Below, piece by piece: positions 1-8,607 of a stretch of 64,000 nucleotides of DNA (position 1 is the first letter of the stretch; each line of letters opens with the position of its first letter). Location of the stretch: positions 198,392-262,391 of IMG/VR virus record IMGVR_UViG_2597490325_000001. The stretch is one strand, 5' to 3'. The DNA is from a virus. Lineage: Duplodnaviria; Caudoviricetes. Below the pieces are notes generated by a model. The model searched no databases and was not told the origin of the DNA. It saw nothing but the letters and a program-made list of their open reading frames with translations. A program made the translations under genes and the position numbers.

Positions 1-458
1 CAGTATTATTCTTTGGTAGGCAGCCTAGAAATGTATCGTTTGATAAAGTACTATTTACTAAACGAGGATCTTTCACCAGCTATCTTAAATTAGGAAGAAT
101 TGAATTCCTTCTTAATGGTAAAACTGGAGAAAAGCTAATTAAAGGTATTGCAATCGATGATTATACTGAAACATTACTAGAAGAAGTATTTACGGTAATG
201 AAAATGGCTGAATTCGGTGGTAAGAAATCTGTAATAGATTATCTTATAGAACTAAGACAAGCTTATGTAAATTTAGATTTAACCGATAACTATTATAAAG
301 AATTATCCCCTTTAGGTAGAGGTTATTTACTTAAAGAAGGATATAAATTCAATAATGTCTATATTAACGAAATGGATGATGAGATGGATATCTCCGATAT
401 AGATATAGTTTATAATTATAAAAATTTTATCATTCCATTATGCGATATATTCGTGTAA
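1..458 (+). CDS. Hypothetical protein, 5' truncated by the window edge
   Basis: The frame of the 198..458 ORF is open back to position 3 with no stop; it is followed by a terminator hairpin. Confidence 0.7.
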   Translation, partial: VLFFGRQPRNVSFDKVLFTKRGSFTSYLKLGRIEFLLNGKTGEKLIKGIAIDDYTETLLEEVFTVMKMAEFGGKKSVIDYLIELRQAYVNLDLTDNYYKELSPLGRGYLLKEGYKFNNVYINEMDDEMDISDIDIVYNYKNFIIPLCDIFV

Positions 459-463
459 TAAAA

Positions 464-509
464 TTCCCTATACCTTCATAAAGAGGGTATAGGGAGTTAT
501 TTTTTTTTT
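464..509. terminator. Bidirectional intrinsic terminator (TCCCTATACCTTC...GAGGGTATAGGGA + T tract)
   Basis: Inverted repeat between convergent genes; near-identical copy at 51071-51123. Confidence 0.8.
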
Positions 510-873
510 ATTCTTCTACTTCATCAATAGTTACTTCAGTACCAATAATCGATTTATTGATTTTGATCCCTTTAGTAATAAGATTTTTAGAGATTACTTC
601 AGAAATAGTAAGAACTAACCCATCTTTATCCATATATCGTAAGATTAAATCGATATATTCATCAGATAATTTAGATATAATAGATTTGGCTGATTTAGAA
701 ATAAGGTCAGAAATGTAAACCTCACTAATATTCATGCTATTACTATTCATCATATCTAATTCCCAATCAGCATTTTCTGACTCTAATTTGATTAGAAAGA
801 AAAGTAAAGCGAAATCTTTCTCGAAATTAGGTGTAAAAGCTGGTTTTAGTACAACTTTACGTCTCCAGAACAT
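508..873 (-). CDS. Hypothetical protein
   Basis: 121-aa ORF translationally coupled to 873..1760. Confidence 0.7.
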   Translation of the reverse strand: MFWRRKVVLKPAFTPNFEKDFALLFFLIKLESENADWELDMMNSNSMNISEVYISDLISKSAKSIISKLSDEYIDLILRYMDKDGLVLTISEVISKNLITKGIKINKSIIGTEVTIDEVEE

Positions 874-1760
874 TATTCATCATCCTCAAGCTGTTCAGAC
901 AAAGATTTGTTTTTCTTTTTAGGAGGTTTAGGAATTTTGACAGATTTCTTAGGAATAATCACTTCTTCCTCGTCATCTTCATCGTCCTCTTCTACTTCTT
1001 CAATATCATTAACAGAGCCTTCTGTACTAGAAGGTTTTTTGGCATCAATAATATTAACTTCTTCATCATCTATTTTCTCTATTTCTGGTAGAAGAACCTG
1101 ATCATAATCAGCTTCATCATATTCATCATAGAGTTCAGGATTAATAACAGTTAAATTCTTTCTAGCATTTTCTATAGTTATTTCACTAGTATTTTTAAGC
1201 CTAGTGATTTTTTCTAAATGCTCATCCGTTAGATAAGCTTTATGATCTTGTGCAAAAGCATCATACTTACCAAATACATCACTATTCTTAATAAAATACT
1301 TTCCAGCATGCATCATTTGATGCGCAGTAACAGTTAAAGGTACTAAACCTACTTTATTAGAAAAATGTAAATCCATTACTTCATTAGCTATGCTAAATCT
1401 AGTAAATGGTCTATCCAAAGTAAGATATTTAGTTAAAATTACATCCACTATATCATATAAAGTAAATGGCATATGGTGCATTTCAATTTTTAATGCTGAT
1501 GCAACTTCTTCTGGAATTCTATCAAACAAAGTACAATAGGTTAAATTAACTTCATTTCTCAAGTACCCGATATAGTTTCTATATTCTATAGAAGTGCGTA
1601 TAATTCGTTCAATACTTTTGATGAATTTTTCTTTATTCTTTTCATTGGTGAGAAGTTCTAAATCATTATAAAATGATTTACTCCTATATAAATTAAATAA
1701 TGGCTTAAATTGCTTTTCTTTTTGTTTAGCTTTATTAACTCGTATTCCTATAGTACCCAT
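873..1760 (-). CDS. HNH-like (His-Me finger) protein with acidic/basic tail; paralog of 3134..3811
   Basis: EMHHMPFTLY...H...VGLVPLTVTAHQMMH motif shared with 3134..3811. Confidence 0.6.
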   Translation of the reverse strand: MGTIGIRVNKAKQKEKQFKPLFNLYRSKSFYNDLELLTNEKNKEKFIKSIERIIRTSIEYRNYIGYLRNEVNLTYCTLFDRIPEEVASALKIEMHHMPFTLYDIVDVILTKYLTLDRPFTRFSIANEVMDLHFSNKVGLVPLTVTAHQMMHAGKYFIKNSDVFGKYDAFAQDHKAYLTDEHLEKITRLKNTSEITIENARKNLTVINPELYDEYDEADYDQVLLPEIEKIDDEEVNIIDAKKPSSTEGSVNDIEEVEEDDEDDEEEVIIPKKSVKIPKPPKKKNKSLSEQLEDDE

Positions 1761-1761
1761 A

Positions 1762-2280
1762 TCAAGACCTATCTGCTATAGCTTTCTGTAATAACCTAAC
1801 ATTCTTATCTAAATTAGTTAGGACATCCAAAGAATAAACAAATTCATCACTATTTCCACTAGCTAGGTTGACTTTCACATTAATATTAAAAGACTGTCTA
1901 GTGGGATTTGGAGGAGTATAGTTGTATACTTGATTTTCTTTACCTGATGGTAAATCTTCCCATTTTGTTATGTGATGAACAGTATCCTTAACTATATTCT
2001 TGTATGAGATTTTTAATTCAAATAAACCTACAAAATCATTTGAAGAAAGCTCTACGGAAGTTGAAGTAATTTTTACATTAAGGAATTCTTCTAATTTACC
2101 ATTTACAATACATTCATAGGAAGTAACGGTATCTGTAGTAGTGGTTACGGCTCCGGTAATAGGGTCTGTAGTTTCCACTGGAAGGGGTATAAAGGAAATA
2201 CTAGTAACTGGCATTACTGCATCTTCATAGTAGTTTCCGAGTTTTGCAGTTGTCGGATTCCAAGTACCTAATTCACTCAT
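1762..2280 (-). CDS. Hypothetical, probable virion/baseplate protein
   Basis: 172 aa, Thr/Ser-rich and beta-type, in a late-strand operon; RBS upstream. Confidence 0.5.
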   Translation of the reverse strand: MSELGTWNPTTAKLGNYYEDAVMPVTSISFIPLPVETTDPITGAVTTTTDTVTSYECIVNGKLEEFLNVKITSTSVELSSNDFVGLFELKISYKNIVKDTVHHITKWEDLPSGKENQVYNYTPPNPTRQSFNINVKVNLASGNSDEFVYSLDVLTNLDKNVRLLQKAIADRS

Positions 2281-2336
2281 GTTTCCACCAAAAAAGTTAA
2301 AAATACCCTATACTATTCAATAGTATAGGGTACTAG

Positions 2337-2693
2337 TTATTTCAAGAATTTTAGTCTATAGACTGCTCTTTGGAGGCGGGTTTCCAAGTTGTCTATTAAA
2401 CTATTAACACCTTTACTTACAGGGAAGGATTCTCTTTCTTTTTTAATATAAGATAGAAAATCACTTATGAAAGTAAGTGCATTTTTACCTGCTAAGTCTA
2501 CTTCTTTTATTGAACTAGGTACAATCAGTTGACCTATATCACCTTGATGACATTCAATAATATCATCTATATCATCACCTAATTCATTATATAAAGTTTC
2601 TAGGGCTTTATGTTCAGAATATGATTGAGAAGATAGGTGCAACATATGTACTGCAGTTCTAACCATAAATAGACTTTTTATAAAGTCTTCCAT
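2337..2693 (-). CDS. Dps/ferritin-like protein (DUF5856-like)
   Basis: HMLH...SYSEHKALETLY..L.DDIDDIIE..QG matches the Dps ferroxidase-centre H..H..D..E spacing; four-helix size. Confidence 0.7.
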   Translation of the reverse strand: MEDFIKSLFMVRTAVHMLHLSSQSYSEHKALETLYNELGDDIDDIIECHQGDIGQLIVPSSIKEVDLAGKNALTFISDFLSYIKKERESFPVSKGVNSLIDNLETRLQRAVYRLKFLK

Positions 2694-2702
2694 AGCTAAA
2701 CC

Positions 2703-3092
2703 TTATTTAAGAGAAGCTTTCTTTTTAACTGCAATAGATTTTACTGCTTCAAGTTGAGACTTGAAGGTTTTTAGTAAACCTTTAGCTTTATTTTCGCCTT
2801 GAATGAAATGCGATGCACCCATACCAACAAGACCACCCATAAAATTAGAAATAAAAAGATCTACAAATTTTCTACCAATATCGCCTTTAATTCTTGATTC
2901 GGTAGCATTAAGATAATCATCAATATCTGAAATAATTTCAGTGATTCTAGACTTAGAATCAGCATTAGCAATATCTTTTTTCAAAGTACTAATAACGGTA
3001 TCAGATTTACCAGTAAAGACTAATTTAAGTGCTTCAAGAGGTCTAAAATCTTCTTGCAACAATTCTTCCACTAATACATTATCACCTAACAT
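2703..3092 (-). CDS. Hypothetical protein, possibly internal head protein
   Basis: 129-aa helical ORF with RBS AAGGGA and an acidic N-terminus (VEELLQE). Confidence 0.55.
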   Translation of the reverse strand: MLGDNVLVEELLQEDFRPLEALKLVFTGKSDTVISTLKKDIANADSKSRITEIISDIDDYLNATESRIKGDIGRKFVDLFISNFMGGLVGMGASHFIQGENKAKGLLKTFKSQLEAVKSIAVKKKASLK

Positions 3093-3133
3093 AAATTTCC
3101 CTTATGTAATTTTACTATAAAAATTTATACTAA

Positions 3134-3811
3134 TTAAGTGTTATCTTTAGGAGATTCTTTATACTCAAGTACTTTCAAGAAATCACCTTTTACGAGGGAT
3201 TTTCTTTCTACCAATTGACGGACTATTTCTATATCAAAATCTGAGAAATAATCAGTATATTCTTTATAAAACTGCTCCCAATTACCAAATATTTGCTTTC
3301 TGGTAATATTTAGTCTATTAAGGTGAGCTAATTGGTGCATGGTCACAGTTAATGGAACCAAACCAATTTTACCAGAAAAGTGTTCCTGAAGTACTTTATC
3401 AGCAATAATAAAAGTGGATACTTTCTTATTATCTTCCATATACTTTTGTGTTACTACCGAACAAATAGTATATAAATTAAATGGAAAGTGATGTAATTGT
3501 ATTTCTGCATCAGAAGAAGAGATATTTTGAAAGAAAGCGTCACCGGATAATTGATCAATATCTCTTAATTCCTCAAGCCATAATTTATAATCATCATTAC
3601 TTCTTATAGCTTTTTCAACAGCTCTGATGAATTTACCATATGTTCGTTCATCAATATCTTGATCGAGATACATAGTAAGGGAATATTCCTGATTCTTTCC
3701 CAATATCTCTATATTATCATCATCTGGTTCTAGATTATCTACTTCTACATCTAGAACTCTAATATCATCTTGTGATATTTCTATATCTTCTTTTTGCTTC
3801 TTTTTAGCCAT
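3134..3811 (-). CDS. HNH-like (His-Me finger) protein; paralog of 873..1760
   Basis: QLHHFPFNLY...EH...IGLVPLTVTMHQLAH; KFIRAVEKAIR versus KFIKSIERIIR in the paralog. Confidence 0.6.
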   Translation of the reverse strand: MAKKKQKEDIEISQDDIRVLDVEVDNLEPDDDNIEILGKNQEYSLTMYLDQDIDERTYGKFIRAVEKAIRSNDDYKLWLEELRDIDQLSGDAFFQNISSSDAEIQLHHFPFNLYTICSVVTQKYMEDNKKVSTFIIADKVLQEHFSGKIGLVPLTVTMHQLAHLNRLNITRKQIFGNWEQFYKEYTDYFSDFDIEIVRQLVERKSLVKGDFLKVLEYKESPKDNT

Positions 3812-3914
3812 AATTTATAATTCCTTTTTTACAAATATATTATTTTAATGTAATCTAATAGACTTGTTGAAATGTATAAAAGATTTAGAAGTGTAATTAA
3901 TGTGCTTTCATTAA

Positions 3915-3922
3915 TATATTAT
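3915..3922 (+). promoter_or_regulatory. Putative early phage-RNAP promoter TATATTAT
   Basis: Motif recurs upstream of plus-strand units (3836, 3915, 6282, 8467, 29887, 33209, 34863, 38879, 41537, 48890, 51877, 56438); resembles the phiKZ early motif TATATTAC. Confidence 0.6.
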
Positions 3923-4019
3923 TTACATGTAATTGCTAATTCTTTGGAAATTAGAATGTTAGGCAATTCCATTTCAATAAAGTTAACTAACGTTAATCTG
4001 ATAATAAGAGGATAAAGAC

Positions 4020-5009
4020 ATGCTTAAAGTTGTAGCTCATGGTGGCGATTTATCTACTGAAGAACGTGATGAAATTAACGAAGCTGCGGAAGGAAACTGT
4101 GTCTTCATTGAAGGCTTTAAGCCAGCTAATGAATATCGTGAATCCCCGTATCTTCCTCGTTATGTTTACGATATCCTTAATCGGGTATTGGATAACGGTA
4201 TTAATCACCACAACGCGCATACTATTCACCGCGCACATGAACTTCAACTACCTATTCAGGTAGTTCCAACTAAGTTCACTTCAGGTAAAGATGTTGGTTG
4301 TACTTTGCTTTTTCTGGAAATTCATGCACAGTTTAATTTGTTATACGGGCTGATCGATAACGGTGAAGCTGATTTTGAATTCCATATTCTCAATGTGGAA
4401 CGAGCACCATTAACTATTAAACGTTATATTAAAGGCTTTGAAAAAATGCCTAATGTAGTGGTGGAATTCCAGAACTTTAGTGAAGCTGCTAAAATTCATA
4501 AGATCTTACCTATGGATGAAGGTAACAATATTGATGTTCAGAACGTATTTGATAAAGTACGCCATGATCGCCTTTCCCGTATTAAAGAGGAAGCTGAAAA
4601 CGAAGGAATTCGTCTCACTCCATTTAATCGGGCTGGCAATGAAATGATCACCCAACGTCCAGAAGGTAATCATATCATTGCTGACCGTGTTAACGGACTT
4701 TCTGAGGAAGATCAAGCTAAGCTTGACCAAATCATTAAAAAGGGTAATTCACACAAGCGCGTAACTCGTAAAGCTTCTCAACAAGAAGTGGCTGAAGATA
4801 ACGAGCAGGATATTCAGGTAGACCTGCTAGAAAAAGGTGGAGAAGAACCACCAGTAGCACCTGCTAAAAAGAATAAACGTGTCACAAAGAAAAGTGACGT
4901 CGAAGAAGTAGTTGAAGCTCCAGCTAAGAAGAAGGTTAAGAAAACTTCTACTACTGCTGAAAAGCCAGCTACCGCTGCGAAAAAAACTAAGAAGGTTGAA
5001 AAACAATGA
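4020..5009 (+). CDS. Hypothetical early protein with Lys/Ala-rich histone-H1-like C-terminal tail
   Basis: 329 aa; APAKKNKRVTKK, APAKKKVKK, AAKKTKK; RBS GAGGA; host-like codon usage. Confidence 0.75.
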   Translation: MLKVVAHGGDLSTEERDEINEAAEGNCVFIEGFKPANEYRESPYLPRYVYDILNRVLDNGINHHNAHTIHRAHELQLPIQVVPTKFTSGKDVGCTLLFLEIHAQFNLLYGLIDNGEADFEFHILNVERAPLTIKRYIKGFEKMPNVVVEFQNFSEAAKIHKILPMDEGNNIDVQNVFDKVRHDRLSRIKEEAENEGIRLTPFNRAGNEMITQRPEGNHIIADRVNGLSEEDQAKLDQIIKKGNSHKRVTRKASQQEVAEDNEQDIQVDLLEKGGEEPPVAPAKKNKRVTKKSDVEEVVEAPAKKKVKKTSTTAEKPATAAKKTKKVEKQ

Positions 5010-5302
5010 TTGTACCAATTATCATTCATCCAAATGAAACTAATGATTCATTTGGCGTTTCTGTTCCAGGTCTCAAGGGCTGTTTTTCAGCTGGAGATAC
5101 TTTGGAAGAAGCTACACAAAATGTTGCTGAAGCGTTAGATCTTTATGTAGAACATTGTCATGAAGAAGAAATTAACGTTAATGGTAATGGTAAAGTGATG
5201 ATTAATACTAATATTGAACACGCCTTTGATCAATCTGAAGGCGGTATCGTTGTTTGTATTATGTATGAAAATGACGATGCGGTTTCGGTAGATATTAGTT
5301 AA
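5006..5302 (+). CDS. hicB: Orphan HicB-family antitoxin (N-terminal domain only)
   Basis: P-I-I-I-H...FGVSVPGLKGCFSAGDTLEEATQNVAEALDLY is the HicB signature; no HicA adjacent. Confidence 0.85.
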   Translation: MIVPIIIHPNETNDSFGVSVPGLKGCFSAGDTLEEATQNVAEALDLYVEHCHEEEINVNGNGKVMINTNIEHAFDQSEGGIVVCIMYENDDAVSVDIS

Positions 5303-5308
5303 TTTTAC

Positions 5309-5349
5309 CAATCTAGGGGAAAGGATTATCCCCTAGATTTTTTTTTTAT
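5309..5349. terminator. Bidirectional intrinsic terminator
   Basis: AATCTAGGGGA...TCCCCTAGATT followed by a T tract, between convergent genes. Confidence 0.75.
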
Positions 5350-6215
5350 TAGTTTATCATTACATTTGAACCTTGATGAACTATCTTAGCGCCACTACTA
5401 TTTTGAGTGGTTACAGTACCAGCTCCATCATCCATTACAGTAGAATTACCGCCACTAGTCTGAATAGTAATTTTTTTCTCTTTGTCATCCAATCTAGATA
5501 CATGGCCACCTGTAGTTTTAACTTCAATAAATTGCTCTTTATCAGATAAAACTACATGATTATCTTTCTCAGTCTTCATCTGCACATATTGATTAAGCTC
5601 ATCAATATTCAGTAAAAACCCTTTAGGTGTAGTAGCTATAATAGATTTCTTACCAGCATTACCAGCGATAGTAAATTCAAAACCATCTGATGTTTTAATA
5701 CCGTACTCTCTAGTTCCACCATTTTCATTATAATAGATAGTGGTTCCATCAGCAAATGATTCAATCACATGAACGTTTGGTTTATTGCTTGGGTTAAACG
5801 AATCAGATGCCATATTAATAGTATCTTGAGAAACTGTTTCGCCATTTAATGTAGGTCTATATGGTAAATAATACCCTTTTTTTGGATCACCGTCTTCAAA
5901 TTCAACCCATACGTTAGCCCCTAAATATGGAACCCTACTATTACCGCTAGAGTTTACTGTAGGTCTTACCCATATGTAGTTAGATCTTTGTAAACTGGTA
6001 TTAATCATAGATGTAATTTCTGGGTTCGCTATACCAGACGTACCAGTAGTTTCAACTTTGTCCTTTTTAGCGGGTTTGTTAGGGTCTTCAAATGGCATAA
6101 GCGATGGAATAACTACACCAATTCGACTTTCACCTTTAGGGTCTTCTCTTACAACCACAACCCCTCTTTTTCTACCCTCGTAGCTTATTTCCTGATATTG
6201 TTTTGATAGGTTCAT
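5349..6215 (-). CDS. Gp5/VgrG-like baseplate central spike (OB fold plus beta-helix repeats)
   Basis: GVVV..EDPKGESRIGV.IP, VPYLGANVWVEFEDGDP, and C-terminal T..G....LDD repeats. Confidence 0.8.
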   Translation of the reverse strand: MNLSKQYQEISYEGRKRGVVVVREDPKGESRIGVVIPSLMPFEDPNKPAKKDKVETTGTSGIANPEITSMINTSLQRSNYIWVRPTVNSSGNSRVPYLGANVWVEFEDGDPKKGYYLPYRPTLNGETVSQDTINMASDSFNPSNKPNVHVIESFADGTTIYYNENGGTREYGIKTSDGFEFTIAGNAGKKSIIATTPKGFLLNIDELNQYVQMKTEKDNHVVLSDKEQFIEVKTTGGHVSRLDDKEKKITIQTSGGNSTVMDDGAGTVTTQNSSGAKIVHQGSNVMIN

Positions 6216-6237
6216 ATAAAAACTCCTTATAGTTTAA

Positions 6238-6249
6238 CAATTATTTGTT
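6238..6249 (-). promoter_or_regulatory. Late promoter AACA-N6-TG
   Basis: Reverse complement AACAAATAATTG, 23 nt upstream of the spike gene. Confidence 0.55.
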
Positions 6250-6293
6250 GTAAGTATAATATTTTATATACTAGTTATTGATATATTATATTA

Positions 6294-7757
6294 TTGATAG
6301 CTATTTTGTCTGAAAGGAATATTATGGTATTCAAAAAACTAAAAAGTGCTATAGATAAAAAGAAGGAAGATACAGTCAAACCTGAGAACAGGAATGAAGA
6401 ACTTATTTCAGTAAATGATTCTGACAGTTATGGTGCATGGACAGATAAAGGTTTTGACATATCCACTGTACCTAATGTAGCCAACAAACCTGTAAGTGCT
6501 GAAGATATTGAAGGAATTCCCAGAGAATGTTCTGGTATACCTTATCCCTTGAGTAATGAACAGTATAGAGCTGTCAAGAATATCATTAAATGGATTAATG
6601 ATGTATCAAGTTATCTTAGTACTTCATATGATTATGAAGCTCCATTTAGAAGACTAGCTGGCTATGCTGGTACTGGTAAGACTGCTTGTATTTCATATTT
6701 ACTTACTGAGGGTTATAAATATTTTCCTTCATATATGAGAGAAAAAGAAATTGCAGTATGTACCTTTACATGGAAAGCCGCATTAGTTCTTCAATCTAGA
6801 GGGATTGATAAAGCATCTAGTATTCATGGATTACTTTATAAACCTCAAGAAAACGATAAAGGTGAATTATACTTTGTTAGACGTGATAAATTCGAAGTCA
6901 TGTCAGCATATAGTATGATTGTAGTTGATGAAGCATCAATGGTTGATCGTAAGATGCGAAAAGATATTCAATCTTATGGAATACCAGTACTTTATGTAGG
7001 TGATAAAGGTCAACTTCCGCCAATTTCTAATAACCCTGCTGATGCATTAATTGATAATAATTTTATGGCTGAAGCAGAGGATTCTCTAGAAGAAATCAAC
7101 CGTCAGGCTAAAGATTCTCCTATCATTCGTTTGTCTATGGATATCCGTAATGGTAAAAGAGTAAACTATGGTAAGTACGGTAAAGGCGTATTTAAAATAA
7201 CTGAAGATGAATTAATTGAAGATCAAAATGATCTTCTTCCTATGATGTCTCAAATTATATGCGGTACCAATGATTGTCGTAGAGCCGCTAATAGCTTTAT
7301 GCGCCGATTATATGGCTATAATCGTAAACGTATGCCAGTAAAAGGTGAAAAACTTATAGGTCTTTCCAATGTTTTAGATAAGGGTTTATATAATGGTCAA
7401 GCATGGTTATGTGATGACGAGGATGCAAGTTCTTACTCACTATCTGATAGTAAGAACGTAAGTCTTTCTTTAGCTTCTCCAGATAACTCGGATAGACGTC
7501 TTATACATTGTATTTTTCCAGAAGATAATCTATTTAAATCTGAAAGAATGTCTGAAGCTCAGATTTTTAAATATTTAAAAGATATGGAAATCTACTCAGT
7601 TGATTTCGGATACTGTATTACTTGCCATAAATCACAGGGTTCATCCTTTGATAAGGTACTGGTATTTGAAGAAAAGATTGGAGATCGTGACTTCCATAAA
7701 AAATGGCTGTATACCAGTGTAACTCGTGCTGTATCAAAGCTAGTCATTGTGAGTTAA
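6294..7757 (+). CDS. Dda/RecD-like SF1B DNA helicase
   Basis: GYAGTGKT, DEASMV, GDKGQLPP, RQ, YCITCHKSQGS, YTSVTRA; the likely true start is the ATG at 6324. Confidence 0.92.
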   Translation: MIAILSERNIMVFKKLKSAIDKKKEDTVKPENRNEELISVNDSDSYGAWTDKGFDISTVPNVANKPVSAEDIEGIPRECSGIPYPLSNEQYRAVKNIIKWINDVSSYLSTSYDYEAPFRRLAGYAGTGKTACISYLLTEGYKYFPSYMREKEIAVCTFTWKAALVLQSRGIDKASSIHGLLYKPQENDKGELYFVRRDKFEVMSAYSMIVVDEASMVDRKMRKDIQSYGIPVLYVGDKGQLPPISNNPADALIDNNFMAEAEDSLEEINRQAKDSPIIRLSMDIRNGKRVNYGKYGKGVFKITEDELIEDQNDLLPMMSQIICGTNDCRRAANSFMRRLYGYNRKRMPVKGEKLIGLSNVLDKGLYNGQAWLCDDEDASSYSLSDSKNVSLSLASPDNSDRRLIHCIFPEDNLFKSERMSEAQIFKYLKDMEIYSVDFGYCITCHKSQGSSFDKVLVFEEKIGDRDFHKKWLYTSVTRAVSKLVIVS

Positions 7758-7759
7758 GT

Positions 7760-8437
7760 ATGAATAGTAAGGAATTTGATAAAATATTAAGAGAAAAATA
7801 TAATCTCTTAGAATTTGAAGAATTGTCTGAGCTGACTGGTAAAGCTGTAAATACTGTTCAGAAAAGGATAAAGCTTCTTGGTTTAGAACCGGATTATACT
7901 TTAAGACATAATCTGAAAAAATTCAAGCCCGTAATTTATAATGATATCATTTATAATAGATATCTGATAAGTAGAAAAGGGATTATACTAGATCTAAATA
8001 ATAGAGGTAAAACGATTAAATATCGTATCAACTCTGGCGGTTATTATGTTTTTAATATAAAAGATAATGGAAAATTAAAAACCTTATTTTTACATAAGGT
8101 GATTGCTGAAGTCTATAAACCTAACCCTAAGCCGGGAATCTATAATACAGTCAATCATAAATCTGGAATTAAAACTGATTTCGATTTAGATAACTTAGAA
8201 TGGACTACCCGTAAAGGTAATACTGATCATGCCTATGAAACCGGACTTATGGATTCTAAGATAGGTGAGAAAAGTAATTTTTCCAAATTCTCTAATGAAG
8301 AGATTAAGTTAGCTAAAAAACTTTTAGATCAATTTCCAGATATGTCTCCTTCAAAAATTAAGTCTACTTATAAACTTCCAATGTCGGCTAGTTATTTAAC
8401 CGATATACGTAATGGTAGAAGGGTCAAATATACATAG
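7760..8437 (+). CDS. Free-standing HNH homing endonuclease (HNH_3 type)
   Basis: LHKVIAE...VNHKSGIKTD...NLEWTTRKGNTDHA; ATG at 7760 directly follows the helicase stop. Confidence 0.85.
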   Translation: MNSKEFDKILREKYNLLEFEELSELTGKAVNTVQKRIKLLGLEPDYTLRHNLKKFKPVIYNDIIYNRYLISRKGIILDLNNRGKTIKYRINSGGYYVFNIKDNGKLKTLFLHKVIAEVYKPNPKPGIYNTVNHKSGIKTDFDLDNLEWTTRKGNTDHAYETGLMDSKIGEKSNFSKFSNEEIKLAKKLLDQFPDMSPSKIKSTYKLPMSASYLTDIRNGRRVKYT

Positions 8438-8466
8438 ATTAACTGTAATCGTAACTTAATCAATGA

Positions 8467-8474
8467 TATATTAT
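8467..8474 (+). promoter_or_regulatory. Early promoter TATATTAT with no downstream ORF
   Basis: Context TGATATATTATTTATGTGAAT matches the promoter at 29885 (TGATATATTATTTTAGTGAAT) closely. Confidence 0.6.
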
Positions 8475-8479
8475 TTATG

Positions 8480-8607
8480 TGAATTTGTGGTAAAATTCTG
8501 TTTTGTATTTTCCTATAGAATACATTTTAATTTCCCTTTGTGTCTGCGCCCAACGACGCAGTTTCTGGTACAATAAGGACTCTCCCTTATTGTACCATTT
8601 TTTTTTT
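8480..8607 (+). ncRNA. Candidate phage small RNA
   Basis: Early promoter, three small hairpins, a pyrimidine-rich single-stranded tract and a terminator with a long T run; no ORF. Confidence 0.45.

Noticed and set aside
734-1101. Short antisense or nested ORFs in the track (e.g. 734..922, 907..1101, 12014..12217, 27609..27950, 44355..44783, 48398..48790)
   Set aside because: They are shadows of well-supported genes on the opposite strand, with no RBS or promoter and composition mirroring the sense codons.
3857-3868. Late promoter for 3134..3811
   Set aside because: It reads AACA-N6-TT, one mismatch from consensus; plausible but not listed as a feature.
7760-8437. HNH gene as part of a fourth intron
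   Set aside because: The upstream helicase ends with its complete motif VI, and no P7 elements or downstream exon are present; it is free-standing.
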